From Geosiphon pyriformis uo1 (lineage: Eukaryota > Fungi > Glomeromycota), in contig JAAOMT010000046.1 in assembly GCA_016748015.1 (NCBI GenBank), positions 124,001 to 188,000 on the forward strand: DNA of 64,000 nucleotides, written 5' to 3'. Made by a program: the position numbers and the translations under genes. The stretch's first letter is position 1, and every line of letters begins with the position of its first letter. Shown piece by piece: positions 1-13,800 of this stretch. Below the pieces are notes generated by a model. It was not told the origin of the DNA and searched no databases. It saw only the letters and a program-made list of their open reading frames with translations.

Positions 1-3000
1 TCTATCTCACCACAATGCAGACATGAGACACTTGGGTAAATTTTACTATACAGACGTTTTTACACAGCAACTGGGAGACAGTAGTGGAGAGCCTTTAAAA
101 AATAAGAGTGCAAACCAGCTGTAAATTTACTGGTAAAGCCGGCTGCCATATGGGAGTCAGAATGCCATACTGAAGCAATGCAAAACCAGTTCACATTACC
201 AAGCAAACTGTCATCAACAATGTTGAAACCAGGACCAACCTCTCAACAAGTCTGATTAATAGACCTGAAAATCTCATGAGCAAAATAACAAACATTCCCA
301 GACACTGTCTTCCCAGTAGCCATAATAAATCTTTCTCTAACCAAAACAGGAAATGCCAAAGAAGAGCTCACAGCTAGACCAGCCAACTTATTAGCATGCT
401 CATTACTTACAACACTTGAATGTCTTTTTATCTTATGCCAAGAAACAACAAGCTGCTTATTCTTAATTAAATTGACAATGCCATGCCACTTCATCCAACA
501 GTGGTTGCAGAAATTCGAAGACACCAGAGCAGATTCAGCCACACATGTATCCAATACAGTCTGACTGTCTGAATAAACTACCACAGAACTGTCAGAGGAA
601 ACACACTCTAATGCCAAAGCAATTGTCTGCAGTTCTGCCATAGTCGAAGATACCAATCCACCAATCTTAGCACCAATACCCATGTCCAGATCTGAGAAAT
701 AAGCAGCAGCACCACATTTCATTTCACGTGAACCCAAATCTCTCAATGATCTATCAGTGTAGGCATTAACTACCCTCATATTCGCTGAAGAGAGACAATG
801 GCTCAATCCAGAAACTGCATTCAAACTGCAAACATCCATATTTTGCAAACCTTCAATGCACAAATCATCAAAAGTAGAAGATTGATCCAAAAAGTCACAA
901 ATCAAAGTGAACCAATGAGGGACAGGACTCTTTGGATCAAGTCTTTTTTAATGATGAAAGCTCTTCCAATCGAAAATTAAACTCTTTTTGGTATATAACT
1001 GCTTGGCAAAAATGATCTCAAACTTTCTGAGAGACAAAGAGATATCATAAAACAAAGAAGCATCTAGGACTGCAGATATTGGTGTTCCACCAGAAAATCA
1101 GAATGCAGAAACAAAGAGATTGCTGAAAAACATGCCACAGTTCAAAAAAATTCTAACAACTTCTGCCAAAAAATTATTGACCGGACTGACATGCAACCTA
1201 ATTAGACAACGTAGAAAGTAAATAGATGACCAACTCAAAACTTGAAGATCCAAAGATCTATGATTGAACAAATGACCAAAAATACCATCAGCATTTGAGA
1301 AACACAACACAGAAGCCACCTTGCATTTAGTTTGTAACTGCTCAAAAGATCTTAAACTGTACAAAAAAGAATGATAAAAGGCCTCATTGGGAAAGTTTCT
1401 TGGAAGACCAGCTTTAAGCCTCAACCCCCTCCTGATCAATGTATCCCACTTCATACACACATTCCTGAAGACAAAGCTGAACTGAGTCCTGTAACTGATA
1501 ATTAGTTGCAACACAGTTAATACTAGATAAAGAAACTGCTTGTCCAAAATAGCTTTTTTGAGAACCAAATTGACAAAAAACTTGACATCCATGTGTGCCT
1601 TAGCCAAGCTTGATTTGGACAACCTTTCAAATAACAAATAAATGCCAAGATATTGATGAAACTCCTTCTTACAAGCAATTGAAATCAGCAGACTACTAAT
1701 TAACAATAAAGTATTACTAACCCTCTGATTGATAGAAATGGCTACAGTTTTTTCATTATTGATAAAAATGTTGTTTATCCTAAAAAATTCACTTGCTGTG
1801 TCCAGGATATACTGAGTAGTAGCCTAACTGCTCCCTATCTAGATAGTATTATCTACAAACACACCAGCAGCCAAAAAAGAAATCAAACTGTCTTGGTTTT
1901 CTATTCTGCCAGTTTTAGCTACAAATTTAGTATTAATTTAGTAACCACACAAACTTCCCTGTCTTTTGACCTCACACAAAAGGGGGTTATAAAAGATCTT
2001 CTACAGCAAAGAGGAGAAAACCTCATCCTGATCAAGACCATCATGCACCCAGTAGCCATCTGTTAGACCAAAATCAGTCATAACCCAGTTAATGTGGTCA
2101 TTGTAAATTGAACCAAAAAATCTAATAAAATGCCTGCACATTTTGATCTGAACCAAACTATTATACAAGTGATGCCAACCTACAGAGTCATAGGCTTTAT
2201 GCATATTTTATAGCACAAGCCAAAGCTCACAATCCTTTTCCAAAGCATCTTTAACAACCAAACCAATGGCAAAAATAAGAGACTGAGTGGTCATTCCCTT
2301 AAGCACTGAAAAATTGTTCCCATGAAGTACGTTGAATAGACTGCATGCTGAAAAAATTCTGTCAGACAACAACTTAGAAAGAATCTTATGGGCAGTCTCA
2401 ATTAAAGCAATTGGCCTAGTATTTATTAAGACACCCTTTCACTCATAGGACTTGGAAATCATTAACACCTAAGCTTCCTTCCAACAATGAAGAATTGACT
2501 CACATGCCAAACAAATGTTCAAAAGGTTCAAAAGCAAGCCTAACACAGAACCATCACAATGTTTCCAAAGTTTATTTGAAATGCCAAACAAGCCAGCAGC
2601 TTTACCATCCAGCAAATTCTTAATTACATGTGTCAAGTCATCCAAACTGATAGTATTCATCACACCTGAAAAAGCATTATCATCAACATAATCCAATGGC
2701 AGGTATTGATGCTGCCACAAATCAGAAACACTTTTCAGCACAGCCCTCTTCCTTGTTCAGCCCTCCATTATACTATCAACCTTATTTTTAACTTCTACCA
2801 GGTCCAAAATTAAGCCACCATCAGAGACCAAATAATCTAACACCACTTTGTGGAATGAGCATTCCAAAACACTACAGATTGTGTGGTCTTTGTTGACTAC
2901 AAAACTCTCTATCCTTTTCTCAATAACTGATCTAATGTCTGACTCCTCGGCTCACAAAGACTCAGCAAGCTTAGAGGCATGATAATACTTCTTCATGCCA

Positions 3001-4163
3001 CAAAGAGCAAAATAAACACGATTGAAACTTGTACCAGAACTCACAAAATCACAAACAACAGAAGCTTTGTCACTATCCATAGAAACCCAGCATTTTAATA
3101 GAGACTCAAATCTGCTGGAGTCTGCCTTGCAAGAAGTCTTAACAATTTTTGACACCAAAACCTTCAAGTTATACAACTTGAAAGACTCTTTGGTAAACAC
3201 CCCATTATAATCCTTAAATCATTTCTTCTTGAAAGCACCATTAGCTGAAAAAACTATCACTTTGTGAACAATATCCCACATAGCATCCAAATCAGAGAAC
3301 TTCCTGGCAGTCTCAAATTCATCCAAAAACATGGCAGCATTGGCTGTAGTAGCATCTTTAAACTCACCTCATTTCACTATATTTGCATTTTTAACATCAA
3401 ACTTCCAATGATTCTTATTCGCCTGCTTGCGTATTGAACTTAAATGAACATTGAGCAAACCACCCAAACCCATGGAAGCAGATACAGCTTTGTGGTCAGT
3501 ATCAAAATATTTCTCGATATCAGCCACACTACTATCTGTTACAGCATTGACCAAACTCAAAGAAACAAGAATGTAGTCGAGAGCTTTAGTGACACTGCGG
3601 GAATTGGTCCACATAGGTGTTTTAACAAATAAACTTCCTCTTAGAGAATCAACTAAACCTAAATCAAAGCATTTCTTGAAGCTAGCATACTTTTGGAACC
3701 CATTTTTGTTAAAATCACCACCCAAAATAATGAAGAAGGACTCATTTACTGCCTTTGCAATGAGAGAGTTGATTTCACCAGCCTGAGAGAACCAAACCAC
3801 TAACAATGTACCAGCATAGAGTTCCAAAATTGACACAAAAAGATTATTCTTGAAGAGTAATTTGAGAGAAAGGAGATGACCAAGAACTTCAGAAACCTTA
3901 CATACATGTCTCACCAAAGAAATGTCCATGATAATTGCAACACCAGAACCCAAATGACCAGAGTCCAAACCAGAGGTGAAAACCCAAACACCATCAAATT
4001 TATTCATAATCCATGGGTGGATCTTGCCCCTCAACTTAGTCTCAGTAACAACAAAAATCAAATTGTTTATCTCTTTATGCCAACATATTATATCATCCTG
4101 TTTTGCAGGATTATTTATACCTCTAACATTACATGTGGCAATCTTCCAAACTAGATTGGTCAT
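1..4163 (-). pseudogene. LINE-A ORF2: apurinic endonuclease (3369-4163), reverse transcriptase (~1700-2740), RNase H (243-905)
   Basis: IATCNVRG, TETKL, LGGDFN, LDYIL, TDHKAV (APE); KAYDSV, GLDQ, FVDN (=FVDD) (RT); YTDRS, AELQ, YSDSQ, HS..NEHANKLA (RNase H); many in-frame stops. Confidence 0.93.
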
Positions 4164-5957
4164 TTAGAAGAAGATTTGGGAGATGTACTGCCAGCCAAAA
4201 TCAAACCATCAAATCTTACTGTAAAACTTAGAACTGAGGCAGAAAGTCCTTCCAACATGCTTTTCAATCTTTTTACTTCAGTAGAAGCAGAAAAGTTCAA
4301 AGTCATAACAGTCTCACCATTAGTGGCCTCACCCAAACCCTTTCCCATTACTACATCGCCCATCTGATTCTGTGATAGGGGAGTTACCAGCAGCTGACAT
4401 TCAGGGCTAGGCTGGAAAACTGTTGGCATGAATGAGTTCAACCTCTTAGCCAACTTATTAATTTGTTCTGCAAGACTAACAAGACTGCTTTTCAAAACAG
4501 CAAATCTTTTCTCAACATCACTTGTATCATGGATGGTAGGCTTCATCTCTGAAGAAAAGCCAGGATTGACCAATACTTTTTGCACAGAAAGAGGAGGAAA
4601 AACATTTCTGCCAGCAATTTTTGCCCAAGAAACCCCACCAAAAGCAACAGGACGAGTGATCAGAGCTGAATGCTTGACATAGATGGTTGCCAGCCTGCTT
4701 TTATCCAAGTCTAAAAAGGGTCTGCAAGAATGCTTCCCAGAGGAGATATTTCCACTTATAGCACAGCCCAAAGATATATGACCCAATTTCCCATACTTAG
4801 CACATTTGAAAAACCCAAAAGAGATCAACACATATTCACATCTCTTAAAACTGGAGTAGTTCCCATAACAGCATTCAAGGAATTGGCCGAATCAAAACAA
4901 ACAACAGCACATCTGGCCCAAGCATATGTAACAGGATGATAATCTATTGTACATGTTTTCCCACTCACAGAGCCAATATAATCCCAGATGTCATATGCAG
5001 TCATTCTCATTGGCAGAGTATAGAGCAAAGCCCTATGTTGATCTCTTGAGTCCCATGATTCCTTGTCTTGATTGGCCCTGGTCACATGCACAGCATCCTT
5101 TCCAATCAGAATAGACCAGCAGACTGCAACTAAATCAGTCTGTTCACTCTTACTAAATTCAACAACAGCCTTCTGCCACAAATCCACTAACTGCATTTTG
5201 ATTGATACCACCACACCAAAACTAAATAATACAGCACGCACAGCCTCAGTTGAGGTTCCAACAGGAATTTCCTTTAATACCACAGCCTGATCTGAATGCT
5301 CAGATAATTTTTTGAAATTGGTGTTCACCAGGATCTTTGCATTAGTGGCCAATTTAGTAGCTTTCATTAAACTTAATTCAGAAGTGAACATTGCTCTGAT
5401 GATTCCAGCAAATTTTGAGCGAGTAGAGACCCCTCAAAACCATTGATCTTTAAAAACAAATTTCTGACCACCAGAAGCTTTTCACAAGAAAATTTTCCAA
5501 TTACCATGTCCAACCCAATATCTAATGCAAAAGATTTTCAAACAAAAACATTAACCAGATTCTTTGCAGGTGGTGGAAGCACTAAAAGAACATCCAAAAG
5601 AACATCATCATCATTACTGCTTGGTAAGAAGTCAATCTTTCCCAATGGTTTACCCAATGCCTTCTTGGTTTTGACTTTTAAGCCTGTAGGTGTTTGATCA
5701 TGATCTCCCTCAGCAAGAGTACCACCTTCACCATGATTGAAACTGGTTTCCTCAATTAGACACTCCTCTTCCATATCAATACTCTTAGACTCAGTGATGT
5801 TACTAGTCTTTGAACCTCATAAGCAATTACCTTGGACACTAAGACCAACATTTTTACCACCAGAACCATCTTCTAAAATGCCGTCCCTCCTTTTTTTCCT
5901 CAGGAAAACAGGTCTAAAACCATCACTAAAACCAGAAACTTTGACAGTCTTCTTCAT
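4160..5957 (-). pseudogene. LINE-A ORF1 (gag-like: two RRM-like domains, CCHC knuckle remnant, coiled coil)
   Basis: ATG at 5957 (MKKTVKVSG...); ORF fragments 5538-5774, 4825-5391, 4160-4831; motifs VVLKEIPVGTS, LWQKAVVEF, LYTLPM, CAKYGKLGHISLGC. Confidence 0.85.
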
Positions 5958-6103
5958 AACAGCAATACTACAGCCAATAGTGGCCTCATAGTTGAGAATA
6001 AAGGGTTTAGATTTATTGTATTCAATTGTAAAAAACTTCTTTCAAAAAACTTTTGACTCTTTTTTAGAAATTTGGGATGAAAGAAAAAAAAAAGTTTTTT
6101 TTT

Positions 6104-8495
6104 GTTTTTATTAATATAGTTTTAAAGAATACTATTTTTAATAAAATGTTTTTATATTTAGTTATTATTATGTTTCAAATAATTATTAACTACAGATCTT
6201 AATTTAATTTTATTTTTAAAAAAGTTTATTAAAAATAAAATATAATAATTTACAAAAATTTAAAAACCAAAACTGGTTTTTTTAAAAACTTTTTAATTAA
6301 AATCTTATATTATTTTTTTTTATATAGTCTTAAAACTTTTAAATAAATATAAAATAAGAATAAAATTATATTTTTGATTTTTTTTAAATATTTTTAGTAT
6401 AGTTAATTAATTTTTAAGCATAAATATATGAATTTGCAAATTATTAATTGGATTTCTAAAATTTTTTAGTTTTTTGTTAAGTTAAAAGTTAGTTTAATTA
6501 ATAAATTTTTAATAAACATGATTAAAATTCTGTTAAATTACAATATATTATTAATAAACTTTTTTTTTAATATTTAGTAATTTTAATAATATTCTTATTT
6601 CTAATATCTTAAGTGCAAAATTATATTACAAAATTATAAGTTTTTTAAAAAAATTTAATATGGCTTTTAACAAACAATTATTAAATTAACATAATTGAAT
6701 CTTTGAATAAAAAACTTTTTATTATTAATAAAAACTTAATCTTAGAGATTTTGTATTTTATTGATTTATGATTATTACAAATTTTTTTTAAAACAGATTT
6801 TCATGTAATATTCTTTTGTTTTTCTATTTAGGTGGTAATTTTCAAAGTATTTTTAAATTTAATAGTTTATTAATTATTAAAAAATGTTTAGCAAATATTA
6901 ATTTGTTTATAATAAATATATTTATAAATAGTTTTTTATTTAATCTAAATTTTTATACTATTATTAATAAAATTATTATATACTTTAAGAACTTGAATTT
7001 GGATATTAATGTTTAAGTTTTTGGCTTAATATTGTCTATATTAATAAAATTACAAATTGTTTTTTTGGTTTTTAAGTATATTTCTCTTTTTAATATTATA
7101 AACATTTATTCTAATAGTTAAATAGCTTTTAATATTTGTATATTAGAATTAAGTTTATTTCTGTTGAATTTTTATAATCAATATTAAATAAAAAAAGAAA
7201 ATTTTTAATAATATTTATAATAAAAATATTTTAATTATATGAGTAAAAATTAAGAATTACTTAGATATTATAAGCAATAATATTACTAATAAATTAGCTT
7301 ATAATATAGTTTATTCACTATTTTTTTTCTAATATTAATAAATAAAAGTTTTTTTTAAATAGATAATATAATTATTTTAGATAATATTTAATATTTTATT
7401 TATAAAATATATAAAACAATTAATAGTACTTGTTAAAAGATTAGTTTTAATATTAATATAGTTTTTTATAACATAATACATAAAATAAACTAATACTGTA
7501 TAATTTTGGTTTGATATTCTAATTAATAAATAATAATTTTACCAAGAAATAAATAAATAATATATATATGTATTTAATAAAAATTGTATACAAACAACTT
7601 TCTGTTATAATTTAAAAACATTTATATAACAAGTAATATTTAGAAGTAACTTGTTTATACTGTATTAATATTAAGTTTTTAAGTTATGTTTTTACATATA
7701 AATAAGATATTAATATATATTTAGAGTTGTTAAATAATATATTTTGGTTTTTGAATTTTTCTTTCTAAAGTATTGTTTCTATTTTCTGTAATATTAAGCT
7801 TATTAATTTTTTGTATCTTAGATAATTTGTTGTATACTATAATATATAAAAGTGTTTTATTAAAAATATAGTATATTAAAACATTGTTTTTGTTTAAAAA
7901 TATAAAATTAACTAATATGTATTTGGTTTTTTTGGCTTATTATTTAGTAAAAAGTTATAAAAAAAATTAATTTTATAGGTTTATATATAAAACTGCTATA
8001 AAAAAAGTGGTCTGATTAATAATATATTTTTTTTTTTATATTTTATATGGTTTAATTAGATGTTTATTAAATAATGTTGTTTGTATAATTAGCATAAAAA
8101 AAATTTTAACTATTAATTTTAATTTGTATTATAAATGTTTGTTTTATTTTAATTTGAATAGTACTATTAATATTATTATAAGTAAATAATATAATTTTAA
8201 TTGATTTAAATAATTGATTATATGTAGTAAGAACATAAATTATGTTTAGTTATAAATACTTAATCTGTTTATATATATTAAGTTGTAATTAGACTATATT
8301 TAATAAATATTTAATTAAAAAATATTTGTAAATAAAAAATTATTTATTGATATTTACATATTTTATTTTATTTTTATTTTTAATTTGTATTGTTAAAATT
8401 AGTTTAAAAAATATTTATTTACTTTTGTAATTTATTAAATAAAAAATAAATAAAAAACACAATAATTTTTATTAATTCAAAAAATTATCAAATAA
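6104..8495. other. Extremely AT-rich relic sequence, probably a hypermutated old TE
   Basis: G and C are very rare, no simple-repeat periodicity, sharp boundaries against the flanking TEs. Confidence 0.6.
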
Positions 8496-8526
8496 AAGAT
8501 AAAAAAAAAACTTCTTTTTTTTCTAT

Positions 8527-9277
8527 TGTTATGATTGAAACCTATACTTCTTATTAATTATTACATATATTAGCCACTGATGTCATATAATTAGCCATTC
8601 TATTTTTAGAAAGTGATCATTGACCTGATCAATGATCTGACCATTGACCTAATTATTGATCTGATTATTGACCTAATTATTAACTTGATCAATAACCTGA
8701 TTATTGACCTGATCATTAACCTAATCATTGACCTGATCATTAACTACTTTTGATAGCTATATAAGTGATGAATTTCTTAGCTGTAAAAAAGCATGTAAGA
8801 ATCAAAAAAAGAAAATAAATAAAATAACAACTTTCATTTCAATCATTCTTTTATTGCTAATTTCCCTTTCTTTACCTTTAAGTATTTAAATATCTTGGAA
8901 TAAAAGATTACTTGTTGGTTATTTTTTACCCTTTTCCTGAAATATGTAATTGCAACATTTGAAGATTATTAAATAAAATGTGACTGAAGAGTACATCTAA
9001 TATCTAATATTGAATTCTAAGAGTACTGACATAAAATATAGAATTATACCAATATATAATCATTTGTTAACAGTACAGACTATTTCTTTACCTTCAAATT
9101 TTCTAGTTATCTTTTGAAAAGTATAGCAACTAAGATATTTTATGAGACTAATCTCACATATTGAATTCATACTTATTCAAAGAGCGAATTGAAATTGAAT
9201 TTTCTTTGATTCTTTTCATTATCCTACAATTCTGTTCTTCCTTGCTATCTGTTAACTTGTTACTCCAACTCATAACA
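8527..9277 (+). repeat. G1 5' LTR
   Basis: TGTTATGATTGA...CAACTCATAACA termini; 12-bp tandem repeats, TATATAA at 8758. Confidence 0.92.
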
Positions 9278-9329
9278 TAAAAATGATGCTCTCTGTGAGA
9301 TTGTCAAAATCCACTTTGTTTTTTATTGT

Positions 9330-10880
9330 ATGGGTAATTATTCATACTTGTCACAACAATTAAAAGAATACTTTAAAGCACACAACAAAAATAATTTAGA
9401 CTTTATTAAACTTAATTCTTTGTTCTCATGTTTGATTTGCTTCCCCATTGAAAAACAATTCAGTAGACAATTCTAAGACTTTTGAAACTGGTTCTTGAAT
9501 GAGCATTTAGTTAAAATCTACACAGCTTATACAACCTATTACTTTGACCAAGCTTATTTTAAAGACAACTTTGAAGAAAGAAACAACAGTATCAATCAGC
9601 TTTTATATTCAACAACCTTTGAACAACAGCCCCCTAATTCTGAATATTTAAATTACCAAATTCATATTTGAATTGCTGCCTATCAGCTAGCTGAAACACC
9701 TTTTGAAACAGAAGAAGAAAGTTATTAAACTGCTCCTGTTTTTAATCTTTTTTCAAGTAAATCAGAACATTCCACACAAACAGTTATTCCTGAACTAATG
9801 GCTAATAACTCTATACAACAAAACATTCTGATTGCTCTCCAGAGTATACAAACTGCTCTAGGGTGAAAAAACAACACTCCATTACCTTTATTCAGAAATA
9901 ATACACAAGATTCAATTAAATGATTAGATAATTTTGAAAGAGCTGTCACAGTCAACCAATATAATAATAAATACAAGTTCCAAATTATTGATGGCTATTT
10001 CCAAGACTCTCCTGCTACTTAGTTCTCACAAAAAACCAATGCTAGTGTTCACTAAAGAATCATTAAATAGACACCAACAAATGCTGGAAAAGAAAACACC
10101 TCTTTCACAATCCGATTTGAAACTAAATTTAAAACTCCTATTCTAATCTCTAAATGGCACATGAAACTAAAAAAAAGAACCCAAGGTCCTGGTAAAATAG
10201 TAACTGAATATGTCAAGGCCATCAGAAAGTTAATTAAAAAAGTAGACTTTGAAAGAAACTGGACAGAAGAGCAAAAGAATTATTCCTTTACAAAAGGATT
10301 GAAAACAGATCTGTTATATGCTCTTTGGTCCCTTCTGGTCTTAAAAAATAATTCCACAATGAATATGGCTATTGAACTTGTCCAGAGAATAGAAAATAAT
10401 CAAAGGATGCATTTGAAATCTACTCTTCCAGTTTTTGCTCCTGCTTTTGTTATGGCTCCTGCTCCACAAATGGCTGCTATCTTTTTTGCCACCCAAACTC
10501 AAGATCCAAATGAACAGTTGATAGATAGACTTACAGCAAATTTTGCCCAGTTATTAGAGTTCTTAGCCCAAGTAGTCAAAGAAAATCAACAATCCTAAAG
10601 ACCCAAATTTGAATCCCATTTTAATTAGCCCCAGCAAATCTCTTATCAAAGACAACAAAATTGTGGTCCACCTGTGTGTTATCACTGTGAATCAACTAGA
10701 CATTTCTCCAAAAATTGCAACAATTCTCTTTTGCCTTTTCCAGCTCTCAGAAACAATGACAATCAAATAAACAGAATTATCAACAACAATGTCCTTAATC
10801 AAAAACCCAATTATGCTAACATCAATTTTTTTAGAGAAAATTCTTTAGTTAAAGCTACTGTTTATCAACTTTTAAACTAG
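9330..10880 (+). pseudogene. G1 gag (capsid-like + CCHC knuckle)
   Basis: Fragments 10161-10598, 10674-10880 (CYHCESTRHFSKNC). Confidence 0.85.
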
Positions 10881-13800
10881 TAGGTACATCTTCAAAGGGT
10901 GAAAGTACAAGCCAATCAGAACAAAACTCTTTTTATGCTTTTAACCTAACTAATAATAACCATAATATAGATAAACTAGCAATCAACACCTTTGAATTAA
11001 CAAGAAAGAAGAAAAAAGCCAAGATTGATTTTATTCTGGACCCAAACAAGACATCCAAATCAACTGCTGATAACAATAAGCCACCAAAGACTAAAGTTTT
11101 TAAAAATCCTCCAAAGTTGGAAACCTCAAAAATAGTACAAAAATCTGGTTCCTATTCTGTTGTTAAAAATCTCATGAAAATCCCAGCACATATTACATTT
11201 GGCCAACTAATGACTTATCTACAGTTCAGAAAAAATCTTTGCAAATTATTGATACCAAAGAAGAAAAAATCAAAAACCAACAAATGCCCTTACCAAGCTG
11301 GACTCACTGATAACAGCAATATTATTCCTCTAATTTGTAAAGCCCAAGTGGCTGGTTACTTTATTAATCTGATCCTAGACAATAGATTTTCTGTTAGTGT
11401 AATTGCCAAACACTTTTTTAAAGCAATTGGCAAAAAAATTAATGAGCCTTTCACTCAACTAATAACCAATGTACATGATAACAAGAAGAAAGATCTAAAC
11501 ATAGCCAAAGCTGTTCCTGTTTGTATCAATAGTATCAGCATTGAAACTAACATGGAGGTATTTAAAGCCAAAAAATACACAATAATTGTTGGTAATAAGT
11601 GGTTCAAGAAAGCCAAAACATTACTTGACTATGAACTTTGTAAGCTAATCATCAAATGTGATGAGAAATTCATTGTGGTTAAGTGCCATCATTAGACAAC
11701 TCTTTCAGTAACCAAGCAAAACTCAGAAAAAAAACAATCAAATAATGATGAAAGCAATGAAGAAAAAAAACAAGAAGAAACTGCTGAACTCATCTATACT
11801 ATATTTATCAGCAATGGCAAGCCATTAGACAATGTTAAAGCTGACAAAGAAAAAATTATGATAAATGACAAACTGATTTGCTGGTCCTACTATAATATTC
11901 TCAAAAAAACCTTTAATAAAAAATCTGACAAGAAAGCAAAATACAGTTATTGATAATATAATCTTTGTGCCAGATGCTGGTACAATAAACCTTTGTATTC
12001 CTCTAGTAATGAATGCAAGTTCTGTCTGATTTATTACAAAGATTAGAAGCCAATTAATTTGATATCCAGAGAAGAACTAAAAGAAATACAGAAGTTTTTT
12101 GAAAATGAACTACCTGAAATTTAATTATTAGTTATAGAACAAAGAGAACCTTTCTCTGAAGAGAGAAAAGTAGACATTGAAAATCTGTTGGCTAAAAATA
12201 GCCCAGTTATCTTAAAAGAAGATGATACTCTTGAACAAACTCATGTGATACAACACAGTATTACCACAAAAGAAACTCATCTCATCTATTTAAAGCCTTA
12301 TCAATCTAATCAACACAATAATGAGTTCATCAAAAAAGAAATAGCCTGAATGAAAAATCTTGAATTCATACAAAAAACCAAGAGTAAATGGGCTTTTTTA
12401 GTTGTAATGGTATTCAAAAAAAGTGAAACCCTACATTTCTGTGTTAATTACTGCCAATTAAATGTCATTACTATAAAAGATATGTACTCACTCTTCAAAA
12501 TTGATGCAATGCTAAACAAATTCAATAGTGCTGTTTTTTTCTTAACTATTAATTTAACTGTTAGATTCTGGCAAATAGAGATAAATTTGGAAAGTAGAAA
12601 GAAAACTGCCTTTATTATCAAATATGGCACCTATGAATTCACAGTCATGTCTTTTGGTCTCATTAATGCATTTTCTACCTTTCAATGCTTAATGAACAAA
12701 GTGTTTAAATCAGTAAAAGAAAACTTTGTTTTGGTCTACTTGAACAACATAATAGTATATTCAAAAATTTGGGATGAACATCTTAAACACTTGCAAAAAG
12801 TTTTTGATCTGCTCAGAAATGCTGGCCTTAAGATCAATTCAATCAAATCTTTCTTTGAACATCAATTCACCTAGTTTTTTGGTTATCTTATTACAAAAGA
12901 TGAGATTTTCTCTGATCCAGCTAAAGTTGAAAAAGTCCAGAACATTAAACAACCAATAAATGTTTCTGAACTATGCTCTTTCTTTGGTTTGGCTTCTTAC
13001 TATCTTAAACTTATCAAGGATTTTTTCAAAATCACCTTTTCTCTCAATCAGCTACTTAAGAAAAATGTCAATTACTACTGGAGCACTTATTAACAAAAAG
13101 CTTTTAAAATTCTGAAGAAAAAACTTGTTACTGAACCAATTCTTAAGCAACCTAATTTGGACCAACCTTTTATCTTTCACACTAATGCATTTGGCTATGG
13201 ACTTGATATTGTTTTTTTACAGAAAGATGAAAATGACAGAGAACATGCCATAGCATATGTCAGTAGATCTCTTACACCAGTAGAAAAAAACTATTCAGTA
13301 ACTGAACAAGAATGTTTAGCAGTAGTTTGGGCTACTAATTACTGGGATCAATATTTTTTTGGTGTAAAATTCTTAGTGATAACAGATTATCAAGTCTTGG
13401 TTTAGCTGTACAATAAAAAAAAGCTTGAACACAAACAAATAACTCACTAAATACTCCACTTGGATGAATTCAACTATAATATTCAACACCACAAAGAAAC
13501 AAATCATCAAAATGCTAATGTTTTCTTTAGACTTATCATCTAGTAACAGTACAAACTTCTTCAACCAACCTATTTTAATTATTAGTAACTTCTCTTTTGA
13601 CAAACACAATAATGGATTTGGACAACTACTTTGTCTTAATGAAATTTTTGGATAAAAGACAATATCCATCAAAATACACTTAACAGCAAAGAAAACATTT
13701 GCTCAAACAATCAAATTTTTATTTAATTCACAAGAACCAATTATATAAAAGAAACAGAAAAGATTTTAACTGCCCCCAAAAAGTCATTAAATTTGAAAAA

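Larger units (their letters stand above)
1..6103 (-). mobile_element. LINE (non-LTR retrotransposon) family A with RNase H; 3' end lies outside the window
   Basis: ORF1 followed by APE, RT and RNase H fragments in canonical order on the minus strand; 5' end starts with an A-run plus pyrimidine tract near 6103. Confidence 0.93.

Noticed and set aside
6816-7016. LGGNFQ as Helitron/Pif1 motif (GGDFRQ) or APE GGDFN
   Set aside because: Single short match with no supporting motifs in AT-rich sequence
8614-8745. Short repeat array as CRISPR or telomeric repeat
   Set aside because: No spacers; it is an internal part of each LTR
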